In this document: positions 28,183 through 37,829 of the stretch, piece by piece
Position numbering within the stretch: position 1 is the first letter of the stretch
How the letters are laid out: each line of letters starts with the position of its first letter
Assembly: GCA_036734125.1 (NCBI GenBank)
Contig: DAIMZE010000001.1
Span: 1-54,048 of the forward strand
DNA: 54,048 bases
Reading direction: 5' to 3'
Source: Candidatus Planktophila sp.
GTDB taxonomy: Bacteria > Actinomycetota > Actinomycetes > Nanopelagicales > Nanopelagicaceae
Program-made: the position numbers and the translations under genes
The notes under the pieces: generated by a model
Seen by the model: only the letters and a program-made list of their open reading frames with translations
Database searches by the model: none
Told to the model about the DNA's origin: nothing

Positions 28183-29145
28183 GTGGCAGTTGCAATTCTG
28201 CTTGTAGGGGGCTTCGGAACTCGCTTAATGCCGTTAACGCGCAATACGCCAAAGCCCATGCTTACTGTGGCCGGAATTCCGGTAACTGAACATCAATTAA
28301 TGATGGCTAAAGCTGCCGGAATCACACAGATAGTTTTAGCAACCTCTTATCTTTCAGAAGTTTTCACGCCATATTTTGGCGATGGCTCTAAGTGGGGCAT
28401 GAACATTAAATACGCAGTTGAAAAAGAACCCCTTGGAACGGGTGGCGCAATTGCAAATGCCGCACAAGTACTTGATACGCAAGAATCTATTGTTATTTTA
28501 AATGGCGATGTGCTGAGCTCTCATGATTTAGCAGAACAAATTCGCCAACATGAAGCACATGATGCAGATGTAACTTTGCATTTAACCCAGGTAGAGGATG
28601 CACGTGCATTTGGTTGTGTTCCAACTGATGCCCAAGGCCGAGTTACCGCATTTCTTGAGAAGATGGATAACCCTGTCACCAATCAAATCAATGCAGGATG
28701 TTATGTTTTCAATCCACGAGTTCTTGCATCTATTCCTTTGGGCACTGTTGTCTCTGTTGAACGCGAAACTTTTCCACAGTTAGTAAACAATGGCGCTAAG
28801 GTTTATGGATATCTTGAAAATGCATATTGGCTGGATATTGGAACACCAAAAGCTTTACTGAAAGCTTCAACAGATATCGTTCTTCGAAACGGCCCAGGCT
28901 TAGTAATGCCAGATGCCGTTGTCGATTCGACTGCATCAATTACGGGCGGCAGTTGTGTTGGTCGAGGCAGCACAGTGGGGGCTGGCACACGAATTAATGG
29001 CTCAATAGTTGAAGCCGGCGCGGTGATCGGCCGCGATGTTGTCATTGAAAACTCATTTGTCGCCACAGGGGCGGTTATCGATGATGGCGCGCAAATAGGG
29101 TCAACTTTTGTCACAAAAGGGGAAATTCTTCCAATTCCTGCCTAG
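28183..29145 (+). CDS. manC: Mannose-1-phosphate guanylyltransferase-like nucleotidyltransferase
   Basis: GGFGTRLMPLT..TPKP, EPLGTGG, NGD, WLDIGTP, hexapeptide-repeat tail. Confidence 0.85.
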   Translation: MAVAILLVGGFGTRLMPLTRNTPKPMLTVAGIPVTEHQLMMAKAAGITQIVLATSYLSEVFTPYFGDGSKWGMNIKYAVEKEPLGTGGAIANAAQVLDTQESIVILNGDVLSSHDLAEQIRQHEAHDADVTLHLTQVEDARAFGCVPTDAQGRVTAFLEKMDNPVTNQINAGCYVFNPRVLASIPLGTVVSVERETFPQLVNNGAKVYGYLENAYWLDIGTPKALLKASTDIVLRNGPGLVMPDAVVDSTASITGGSCVGRGSTVGAGTRINGSIVEAGAVIGRDVVIENSFVATGAVIDDGAQIGSTFVTKGEILPIPA

Positions 29146-29172
29146 CTCAAGCGTGATTTCCTCTATTCGGGC

Positions 29173-29201
29173 TTGACATGAGCGAGTTACAAGCGTGTAA
29201 T
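29173..29201 (+). promoter_or_regulatory. sigmaA-type promoter of whiB
   Basis: TTGACA (29173-29178), 17 nt spacer, TGTAAT (29196-29201). Confidence 0.7.
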
Positions 29202-29266
29202 TCACTCTTAAGAAAGTCTTTTCCAAGAGGGATGAGACAAGATCTAGCTAATGGAGCATCGACGTT

Positions 29267-29566
29267 ATGCCGATTCAACCCGCAGCCCAGAACTCCCCAA
29301 TCCCCACTTCAGGTCCAACAATCACACTCGCATCTGGCGAAAACATGGAGCTTTCATGGCAGGAGCGCGCTTTGTGTGCGCAAACTGATCCAGAGGCTTT
29401 CTTCCCAGAAAAGGGCGGCTCAACTCGCGAAGCAAAGCGCGTATGTCTTTCATGCGATGTTCGCGCAGAATGTCTTGAGTACGCACTCGCTCATGATGAG
29501 CGCTTCGGAATTTGGGGCGGTCTTTCAGAACGCGAACGCCGTCGCCTCAAGCGTCGCACTGCGTAA
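29267..29566 (+). CDS. whiB: WhiB/WhiB2 Fe-S transcription factor
   Basis: WQERALCAQTDPEAFFPEKGGSTREAK.VC..C.V..ECL, GIWGGLSERERR; start could alternatively be M at 29345. Confidence 0.93.
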   Translation: MPIQPAAQNSPIPTSGPTITLASGENMELSWQERALCAQTDPEAFFPEKGGSTREAKRVCLSCDVRAECLEYALAHDERFGIWGGLSERERRRLKRRTA

Positions 29567-29603
29567 GGTTCACATTTCTCTCACGAGAAAGTGAGTTATA
29601 ACT

Positions 29604-32600
29604 ATGGCTTCCCAAGCCGCAGTCGATAAGCATCGCGTAACCGCTGTTCTTGTTTCACACAATGGAGCGGTGTGGTTACCCGAAGTTGTTGCAGCGCTCA
29701 CTTCGCAAACTCGTCCAATTGATCTCATTACCGCTGTCGATACTGGATCACAGGATGCATCTACCAAACTTTTAAAGTCTGCTCGAATTCCATTTATCTC
29801 TGCCGATGTCGAAACAGGTTTTGGTCAAGCAGTTTCTTTAGCGGTCGGTAAATTAACTAAAGCTGTCGAACATGAATGGATTTGGTTAATTCATGATGAT
29901 TGCGCACCTGCACCTACTGCGCTCGCAGAGTTAATAGCTGCAATTGATGATCGCCCACAAGTTGTGATGGTCGGTCCAAAATTATTGGGATGGCATGACC
30001 GCACACATTTACTTGAAGCTGGAATAAGTATTGCTGGCAACGGTGCACGTTGGACAGGGCTTGAACCTTTGGAATATGACCAAGGTCAGCATGATGGAAT
30101 TTATGATGTTTTAGCGGTCAGTACCGCAGGTGCATTAATTCGCCGTGATGTATTTGAAGAACTTGATGGCTTGGACCCTAATTTAACTTTGTTCAGGGAT
30201 GACGTTGACTTTGGTTGGCGTGCTCGTGCAGCCGGCCACTCAGTAATGGTTGCAACTGGTGCGGTTGCATTTCACGCGCAAGCATCTGCAACAGAGCGCA
30301 GAGTTGTAGAAGTTGATGGAGCATTTCTTCACCGGCCATTACTTTTGGATCGACGCAACGCCGCATATGTATTACTTGCTAATTCTTCTTGGTGGATATT
30401 GCCATGGCTTGTACTTCAAATTCTTGGCAGCGCTATCGCAAGGGCTATTGGCTTTTTAATTGCAAAACTTCCGGGTTATGCCGCAGATGAAATCTTGGCG
30501 GTCGGAGCATTGATTATCAGACCAGATACCTTAATTACTGCGCGCAAGATTCGAAGAAGGCAGCGCTTTGTATCGGCTCGAGTAATTGCTGAATTCATCC
30601 CACCACGTTGGTCTCAGATTCGCCTTGCATCTGAAGGCTTATTCGAAACTATCCGTTCCAAGCTTTTTCCTGAAAATGTGCAGGTTTCAACAACATCAGT
30701 GTTGGAATCCAACGAAGATGAAGATTTACTAACACCAGTTAATACAAGTCACTGGTTTGCAATCTTTAAGCGCCCAGAAGTTATTGGTTTTCTGCTAATT
30801 ACAGTTATTTCCATTCTCAATTCGCGCAATAGATTCGGCGCCCTCGTTGGGGGAGCATTACCAATTTCGCCTTCAGGTGCCACAGATCTGTGGCGAACTT
30901 ATTTTGAGTCGTGGCATCAAGTTGGAATGGGCTCCTCTGTAGCCACGCCAACGTGGGTTGCGATTACTGCGACCGCATCCCTTGTTTTCCTGGGCAAGGT
31001 GCAATTCCTCATCACAACCTTCTTCTTAGTTGCACCTATCGTCATGATGTTTACCGCCTCTAAGCTGCTCAAGCGATTGACTAAAAACAGTTGGATTTCA
31101 ATTCCTGCAGCATTCCTGTACGCGGTTTCACCGGTTGCCATTGCTGCGATATCAACGGGTCACATTGCAACCGTTCTTTTCTTAATTCTTGCGCCCTATG
31201 TCGCACTGATGCTTCGCGACATTGAGAAAATTGAAGAGTTCAGCTGGCGAAAAATTGCTGGCATCTCCTTGCTGTTGGCGGTCCTCTATGGATTCTCGCT
31301 GATGATTTTTGTTATTGGTTTGATGGCTGGCTTAGTGTCAACTTTGAGCGACTATGAAAAACATGCAAAAGAGGCGAACCCGCAGCTGTATGTACTTCGT
31401 CTTCAAAAGCGAGCCTCCTTGATCTTCATTCCATTTCTTATGAATGTTCCATATTCGCTCGAGGCACTTGTTCATCCAAGTCGCCTTTTAGTTGAACCAG
31501 GATTGCTTATTTCAGGTGGTGGTCCATTTTCAACCTTGCTCGGTAATCCTGGCGGAGCAAATTCATTACCGATTTGGTTAGTAAGCCCAATTTTGTTGGT
31601 GCTAATCGTTTCCTTGTTCTCATCAACTCATGCACGTCGTATAGCCGAATACGGTGTTGGAGCACTTGTCTTAGCTGTAATCCTTTCTGGGCTTTCCATT
31701 TCGACCCATGGAAATGAAGCATCATCAAAAGTTTGGTCAGGTCCTGTAATTGTTCTAGTTACCCTGGCAGCGATTGCTTCAGGAACAGTGCTGTTAGATC
31801 GATTGCGAGAAACGCTTGTTCTGAGCCATGTGCATTATCGCCACATACTTTCCGCGCTACTTCTGTTTACAACTTTTGCCTATTCAATTGCAGCAATTGG
31901 GTGGTCAGTTACTAAAGGTGCAGATTCTTTGGTACAGGCAAATCGCGAGACAGTAATGCCGGCATTCTTAAGCGTTGAACGAGATACAAAGATCCTTGTC
32001 TTGCGTGAAGTTGGTAGTGAGGATCAAAAGAAAATTCAATATCATCTTTCACGAGGCAAAGATATTTCGCTAGGCGAGCCTGATGTTGCACCTGCGCAAA
32101 GTTCTGCGATTGCCGAAGCAGCACGTGGACTTATCGATGGATCTGGAGTCACAAGTAGTTCTACGTTAAGTGACTTTGGCGTCAAGTATCTTTTTGTGAA
32201 AGCGCCATTCAAAAAAGAGATTATTCGATCCATTGATGGCTTAGGTGGATTTACACGTACTTCGGCAACATCTTTAGGTGTTGTTTGGAAAGTAAGCGCT
32301 CCTGCTTCACGACTTATGTTTGTTGGTACAGATGGAGTTCGAAAAGAGTTACAAGCCGGTGAAGTTGGAGCTCGAACGTACGTACCTTCTGCAGGAACAC
32401 TTATTTTGACCGAAAGTTACAGCCGCTCTTGGCAGATTCTTGAAAATGGATACCGATTAGAGCGCAGTAAAAATGAACAAGGTTTACCAACATTTAAAGT
32501 CACCGAAGCTGGTGAAATTTCTTTGATCCATGATGGAACAACCCGACGTGCTTGGTTGTCATTACAGTTGATTTTCTTTGTTGTCGTACTTGTAATGGCG

Positions 32601-32651
32601 CTTCCTGCCGGCCGTCGTAAGAGTGAAATTTCAGATAAGGAGTTGGCATGA
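29604..32651 (+). CDS. Large GT2 glycosyltransferase fused to a multi-pass membrane domain
   Basis: WLIHDDC, VGPKL, DDVDFGWRA in the N-terminal domain; more than 10 TM segments after about aa 390. Confidence 0.85.
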   Translation: MASQAAVDKHRVTAVLVSHNGAVWLPEVVAALTSQTRPIDLITAVDTGSQDASTKLLKSARIPFISADVETGFGQAVSLAVGKLTKAVEHEWIWLIHDDCAPAPTALAELIAAIDDRPQVVMVGPKLLGWHDRTHLLEAGISIAGNGARWTGLEPLEYDQGQHDGIYDVLAVSTAGALIRRDVFEELDGLDPNLTLFRDDVDFGWRARAAGHSVMVATGAVAFHAQASATERRVVEVDGAFLHRPLLLDRRNAAYVLLANSSWWILPWLVLQILGSAIARAIGFLIAKLPGYAADEILAVGALIIRPDTLITARKIRRRQRFVSARVIAEFIPPRWSQIRLASEGLFETIRSKLFPENVQVSTTSVLESNEDEDLLTPVNTSHWFAIFKRPEVIGFLLITVISILNSRNRFGALVGGALPISPSGATDLWRTYFESWHQVGMGSSVATPTWVAITATASLVFLGKVQFLITTFFLVAPIVMMFTASKLLKRLTKNSWISIPAAFLYAVSPVAIAAISTGHIATVLFLILAPYVALMLRDIEKIEEFSWRKIAGISLLLAVLYGFSLMIFVIGLMAGLVSTLSDYEKHAKEANPQLYVLRLQKRASLIFIPFLMNVPYSLEALVHPSRLLVEPGLLISGGGPFSTLLGNPGGANSLPIWLVSPILLVLIVSLFSSTHARRIAEYGVGALVLAVILSGLSISTHGNEASSKVWSGPVIVLVTLAAIASGTVLLDRLRETLVLSHVHYRHILSALLLFTTFAYSIAAIGWSVTKGADSLVQANRETVMPAFLSVERDTKILVLREVGSEDQKKIQYHLSRGKDISLGEPDVAPAQSSAIAEAARGLIDGSGVTSSSTLSDFGVKYLFVKAPFKKEIIRSIDGLGGFTRTSATSLGVVWKVSAPASRLMFVGTDGVRKELQAGEVGARTYVPSAGTLILTESYSRSWQILENGYRLERSKNEQGLPTFKVTEAGEISLIHDGTTRRAWLSLQLIFFVVVLVMALPAGRRKSEISDKELA

Positions 32652-33958
32652 ACTTCTCCCGCCCGCTTCGTTTCATCGCTTTCATTGCGGCTGCACTTAC
32701 GATCGCATCTGCACTCAATGTTGCTGTAACAAAAAAGAGTTTTTCAGAAAGCTACCCAGCGGTCGTATGTCCACCTACTCTTCCTGGTCTTGCATCTCAA
32801 ATCTCATTGTCATCTAAGAAAACTCAATTCCAAAGATTGCAGAATCGAAGCACAAAGACTGATGCGGTAAAGGTTTTGCGCCTTCCGGTCATGAAAGATG
32901 CCCTGCTCTTTAACTCCGAAGGTTCAACTCCCGTCGTGTGGCAAAGCCGCTCCGGAAGTTGGGCTGGTGGTGCATTGTGTTCAGGCCCTGCGTCATCGCA
33001 ATGGTTTGTTGGCGCAAGTGCAGACATCACAACTAAAGGTCGACTGATTGTCGTAAATAGCGGACTCAGTGATGCTGTGGTGGATGTCAATGTGTTTACT
33101 GAAAATGGAAAGCAACCACTTCGCACTTTAGATGTCCCATCCAAAAACTATCTAGTTATTCCAGTTGATTCACTTGCACCGGGGGATAAGACGTTAACTG
33201 TCAATGTTCTTCCTCGCTCAGGCAGAATCAACACATTCATGATTGATGAACAAGGCAAAGGTTTGCGGGCGCTAGGCGGAGATTTAGTTAATCCAATAAT
33301 TGCACCAAGTAAGACACTTGTTATTCCAGCTATTCCAAATCAAAAGAAAAAGCCGGGGCAAAGCGCAGGAACTACCCATGTGCTGCGAGTTTTAACGCCA
33401 GGTGATGTTGATGCAAGTGTGACCGTAGAACTTGTTTCTGGCGATGGAGTTTTCATTCCTGTAGGCCTAAATTCACGAACTGTCTCGGCAGGCCAAGTAA
33501 CTGAATTGACTTTTTCACCAAGTATTTCTTCCACAGTATTTGCAGTGAAGATCACTTCAACCGAGCCAATTGTCGCTGCGGTTGAATCTTCGGTAGTCGT
33601 AGGTGGAAGAAAAGACTTTACGTGGAGCACTCCAGCACCCGAATTAACTGGTTTCACAATGGCTGTTACTGGTCTGGAACCACTCATTGCATTTACCGGA
33701 GCAGAGATCAACGTTGCTGTTGAGATCACTTTGGTTAACGGCAAAGTGCTCCGGAAAACTATCAAGGGGTCAGATATTGCTACGTGGAAAGTGCCAGCAT
33801 CTGCTCGCTCATTCACGATAACAAAGGTGGGCAAGCAGACTTATGCAGGTGCATTGGTGTCTTCGGTAAATGGCTACGGCTACTTCCCAATTGCACCTGG
33901 AAGCGTGCTCACTAGAGTTGAAGTACCTGACTCAAATATTCGCATTTTAAATCCTTGA
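32648..33958 (+). CDS. Secreted/membrane-anchored protein (DUF5719-like)
   Basis: N-terminal TM, VVCP, C....SQWFVGAS, beta-rich; conserved position after the GT2 gene. Confidence 0.7.
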   Translation: MNFSRPLRFIAFIAAALTIASALNVAVTKKSFSESYPAVVCPPTLPGLASQISLSSKKTQFQRLQNRSTKTDAVKVLRLPVMKDALLFNSEGSTPVVWQSRSGSWAGGALCSGPASSQWFVGASADITTKGRLIVVNSGLSDAVVDVNVFTENGKQPLRTLDVPSKNYLVIPVDSLAPGDKTLTVNVLPRSGRINTFMIDEQGKGLRALGGDLVNPIIAPSKTLVIPAIPNQKKKPGQSAGTTHVLRVLTPGDVDASVTVELVSGDGVFIPVGLNSRTVSAGQVTELTFSPSISSTVFAVKITSTEPIVAAVESSVVVGGRKDFTWSTPAPELTGFTMAVTGLEPLIAFTGAEINVAVEITLVNGKVLRKTIKGSDIATWKVPASARSFTITKVGKQTYAGALVSSVNGYGYFPIAPGSVLTRVEVPDSNIRILNP

Positions 33959-34000
33959 TAATCCCAAGTTTTCCTACCTGCTCCCACTAATGTTTCTCTT

Positions 34001-34366
34001 ATGAGAACTCAAGGCGGCAGAGGCTGTTCCCGTGCAGGGTGCAAATCTCTGGCAACGATGACCTTGACCTATGTGTATTCCGAATCAACCGCTGTTGTCG
34101 GACCATTAGCCACTTTTTCAGAACCTCATGCATACGATTTGTGTGTTGTTCACGGAACACGATTAAAGGTCCCACATGGTTGGAACGTTATTAAGCAGGA
34201 GCTTGATGGAGTTTCTCAAGGGCCAAGTGATGATGATTTGATGGCGATTGCAGATGCAGTGCGAGAAGTTGCTTCGAAAGAAGTTGACCCAATTTCCCCA
34301 ACGCCATCAACATCTGCGCAACAGCAAATTGGTCGTCGTGGTCACTTACGGGCAGTACCTTCATAA
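34001..34366 (+). CDS. DUF3499 family protein
   Basis: CSR.GC, TLTYVY..STAVVGPLA, EPHAYDLC..H, RRGHLR. Confidence 0.9.
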   Translation: MRTQGGRGCSRAGCKSLATMTLTYVYSESTAVVGPLATFSEPHAYDLCVVHGTRLKVPHGWNVIKQELDGVSQGPSDDDLMAIADAVREVASKEVDPISPTPSTSAQQQIGRRGHLRAVPS

Positions 34367-34372
34367 ATAGTT

Positions 34373-35728
34373 ATGGATCAAATTCCAAATATTTTTAAAG
34401 CCTATGACATCAGAGGTTTAGTAGACACTGAAATCGATGCTGATTTTGCTTTCGCAACCGGTATGGCGTTTGCCAGATTCTTACAAATAGAACGTGAACC
34501 CGGAACCATTGTTATTGGTGAAGACATGCGTCCTTCATCTCCCGAACTAGCCGAAGCATTTTCCGCGGGTGCAACCTCGCAGGGTATGGATGTGATTCGA
34601 ATCGGTTTGGCCTCAACGGATATGTTGTATTTCGCCTCTGGAAAATTAGGCCTACCCGGTGCAATGTTTACGGCAAGTCATAACCCTGCTCAATACAACG
34701 GAATTAAGCTGTGCTTAAGTAAGGCACGTCCAATTGGTAAAGAGTCTGGATTGTTAACTATTGAGAACTTTGTCCGAGAAGGTTCACCAATAGCTTTGCG
34801 AAGTGTGGGCGTTGAAAAGCATCGAGATATGCTCAATGAGTATGTCGATCATCTCTTATCGTTAGTTGATGTCACCAAGATTAGGCCCTTAAAAATCATT
34901 GTTGATGCTGGTAATGGCATGGCTGGCCATACCGCTCCTGCCATTTTTGCAAGACTGAATTGCGAAGTGATTCCTATGTATTTCGAATTAGATGGTTCAT
35001 TTCCCAACCACGAAGCCAATCCTTTGGATGAATCAACGCTCAAGGATCTCAAGCAAGCAATGATTGATCACACAGCAGATCTTGGTCTAGCTTTCGACGG
35101 AGACGCAGATCGTTGCTTCTTAGTTGATGAACGAGGTGTTGCAGTAAACCCTTCTGCATTAACTGCCTTAATTGCACAACGTGAATTAAAAAAGCGACCA
35201 GGTTCAAACATAATTTACAATTTGATTTCTTCACGCGCGGTTCAAGAGGTTATTCAAGAAAATGGTGGAAAAGGTTTACGTAGTCGGGTCGGACACTCAT
35301 ACATCAAGAAGATGATGGCCGAAAGCGGTGCGATTTTTGGTGGCGAACATTCTGGTCACTTTTACTTCAAGGAGTTTTGGATGGCAGATAGTGGCGCACT
35401 TGCCGCTTTGCATGCGATCGCAGCTCTTGGTGAAACCACTGCGACAATGTCCGAACTGTTAGCTCCATTTAATAGATACATTTCAAGTGGTGAAATCAAT
35501 TCGAAGGTCTTGGATACTGCGCAAGCAACCGATCTAGTTCGCAAGAGTTATGAATCAGACAGTGTGGTAATTGATGAACTCGATGGCCTGACGGTAAACG
35601 GGGATACCTGGTGGTTTAACCTTCGCCCATCAAATACCGAGCCGCTGCTAAGACTTAACGTTGAGGCTTCTACTCAGGCTCAAATGGAGTCGGTACGTGA
35701 TGCGGTTCTCTCACTAATCCGCGGCTAA
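34373..35728 (+). CDS. manB: Phosphomannomutase/phosphoglucomutase
   Basis: FKAYDIRG, TASHNP, FDGDADR, GEHSGH, RPSNTEP. Confidence 0.92.
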   Translation: MDQIPNIFKAYDIRGLVDTEIDADFAFATGMAFARFLQIEREPGTIVIGEDMRPSSPELAEAFSAGATSQGMDVIRIGLASTDMLYFASGKLGLPGAMFTASHNPAQYNGIKLCLSKARPIGKESGLLTIENFVREGSPIALRSVGVEKHRDMLNEYVDHLLSLVDVTKIRPLKIIVDAGNGMAGHTAPAIFARLNCEVIPMYFELDGSFPNHEANPLDESTLKDLKQAMIDHTADLGLAFDGDADRCFLVDERGVAVNPSALTALIAQRELKKRPGSNIIYNLISSRAVQEVIQENGGKGLRSRVGHSYIKKMMAESGAIFGGEHSGHFYFKEFWMADSGALAALHAIAALGETTATMSELLAPFNRYISSGEINSKVLDTAQATDLVRKSYESDSVVIDELDGLTVNGDTWWFNLRPSNTEPLLRLNVEASTQAQMESVRDAVLSLIRG

Positions 35729-35854
35729 CCCCCGTTTTCCATTACGAGCTTTTCGCAAGAGGGCAGTAACCTATGCCTATAGCCGCCTAGCACAGTAGAG
35801 CCCTACGCCTTAGGTATCCAATTAATACTTTGATTACCAATTAAGGAGATTTAC

Positions 35855-37141
35855 GTGAACGTTCCAGTTACTTCAACTCTTCCAAAGCATGACATTGCTG
35901 ATGCATCACTTGCAGCAGAAGGTCGCAAAAAGATCGAGTGGGCTGAGCGCAATATGCCTGTGCTTGCTCAAATCCGTGAACGCTTTGAAAAGTCACAACC
36001 TTTCGCAGGAGTTCGTATTTCTGCATGCATGCACGTCACAACAGAGACCGCTAACTTGATGCGTGTTCTAAAAGCTGGTGGAGCAGAGATTGCACTGTGT
36101 GCGTCAAACCCACTGTCTACCCAGGATGACACCGCTGCAGCGCTTGTACACGAATACGGAATTTCAGTTTTTGCTCGCAACGCAGTTGATCGCGACGGGT
36201 ACTACAAGCACATTAACGCAGCGCTAGATATCGAACCACACCAAGTTTTTGATGATGGTTGCGATCTTGTAAACACTTTGCACACAACACGTAAAGAATT
36301 AATTCCAAACATCGCTGGTGGTTGCGAAGAGACAACAACAGGAGTAATTCGTCTTAACCAAATGGCTAAAGATGGAGCGCTTCAGTTCCCAATGATCGCC
36401 GTTAATGACACAGACACAAAGCACATGTTTGATAATCGTTATGGAACAGGGCAATCAACCCTTGATGCAGTATTTCGTGCAACTAACTTCCTGCTTGCAG
36501 GTCGCATAGTTGTTGTTGCTGGCTTCGGTTACTGCGGTAAGGGTGTTGCAGAGCGTGCCAAGGGTATGGGCGCTGATGTAATCGTTACTGAAATTGATCC
36601 AACTAAGGCACTTGATGCAATGATGCAAGGTTTCCGCGTTATGCCGATGCTTGATGCTGCAAAGGTTGGAGATGTGTTTATTACCGTTACAGGTAACCGT
36701 GATGTATTGCGCGATGAGCACTTTGCAGTAATGAAGGATGGCGCAATCATGGCTAACTCAGGTCACTTCGATATCGAAATCGATGTTGCTTGGCTTGAAC
36801 AGAACGCCAAGTCAAAGAATCTAAAGATGCGTCACCAAACTGATGAATACGTATTGTCAGATGGGCGTCGTTTGCTACTTCTAGCTGAAGGTCGCTTGGT
36901 TAACTTAGGTGCGGCAGAAGGTCACCCAGCATCTGTAATGGATATGTCATTCTCAGATCAAGCTCTCACCGCTGAATACCTTGTAAAGGAAGCAAAGAAC
37001 TTGAAGCCAGGTGTACATGATGTTCCTACATACATCGACAAGGAAGTTGCTTCACTCAAGTTGATCAGCATGGGTGGACGTATTGACGTTCTAACACCGG
37101 CGCAAGATATGTACCTGAACTCTTGGGAGCACGGTAGCTAA
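35855..37141 (+). CDS. ahcY: Adenosylhomocysteinase (short type)
   Basis: [53 protein letters not shown]. Confidence 0.95.
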   Translation: MNVPVTSTLPKHDIADASLAAEGRKKIEWAERNMPVLAQIRERFEKSQPFAGVRISACMHVTTETANLMRVLKAGGAEIALCASNPLSTQDDTAAALVHEYGISVFARNAVDRDGYYKHINAALDIEPHQVFDDGCDLVNTLHTTRKELIPNIAGGCEETTTGVIRLNQMAKDGALQFPMIAVNDTDTKHMFDNRYGTGQSTLDAVFRATNFLLAGRIVVVAGFGYCGKGVAERAKGMGADVIVTEIDPTKALDAMMQGFRVMPMLDAAKVGDVFITVTGNRDVLRDEHFAVMKDGAIMANSGHFDIEIDVAWLEQNAKSKNLKMRHQTDEYVLSDGRRLLLLAEGRLVNLGAAEGHPASVMDMSFSDQALTAEYLVKEAKNLKPGVHDVPTYIDKEVASLKLISMGGRIDVLTPAQDMYLNSWEHGS

Positions 37142-37827
37142 TGACTTTAGTTATGGTCGTCGATGACGACCAGGATCTCGCAGAGATGCTCGGCATCGTT
37201 TTAACCGGTGCCGGCATCGATGTGGATCTAGTAAGTCGTGGCGATGAGGTCATGGATGTATTCCGTAACAATCCACCAGATTTAGTTTTGTTGGATGTTA
37301 TGTTGCCCGGTCTCGATGGAATTGAAGTGTGCAAATTAATCCGCGCAGAATCAATGGTTCCTATCGTCATGCTTTCAGCTAAGGGCGACACGCAAGATGT
37401 CGTTAAAGGTTTAGAGGCAGGTGCCGATGACTACATGGTTAAGCCATTTCGTCATCCATCAGAATTAATCGCCCGAATTAGAACTCGTTTGCGCAGAACA
37501 AATGCCGATGTTTCAGGACTATTAACTATCGGTGATTTGGCAATCGATGTGCAAGCACACCAAGTAACACGTGCAGGTAAGCAGATTGCATTAACACGTT
37601 TGGAATTTGATCTACTAGTTGCACTTGCTAAAGAGCCAGGACGCGTCTTTACACGAGATGCATTGCTCAGTGAAGTTTGGGGTTATCGTCACTCGACTGA
37701 TACCCGTCTAGTAAATGTGCATGTTCAGCGTTTGCGTTCAAAGATCGAGCATGATGCCGAACATCCAGAAATCGTTGTGACCGTGCGCGGAGTTGGATAT
37801 AAAGCTGGAGTAATGGGCGGTTCCTAG
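37141..37827 (+). CDS. mtrA: Response regulator MtrA
   Basis: OmpR type; EVWGYRH..DTRLVNVHVQRLRSK. Confidence 0.93.
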   Translation: MTLVMVVDDDQDLAEMLGIVLTGAGIDVDLVSRGDEVMDVFRNNPPDLVLLDVMLPGLDGIEVCKLIRAESMVPIVMLSAKGDTQDVVKGLEAGADDYMVKPFRHPSELIARIRTRLRRTNADVSGLLTIGDLAIDVQAHQVTRAGKQIALTRLEFDLLVALAKEPGRVFTRDALLSEVWGYRHSTDTRLVNVHVQRLRSKIEHDAEHPEIVVTVRGVGYKAGVMGGS

Positions 37828-37829
37828 AG

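Noticed and set aside
35729..35854. Canonical SAH or SAM-I/II/IV/V riboswitch
   Set aside because: Their conserved cores are not recognisable by eye; kept only as a candidate novel leader
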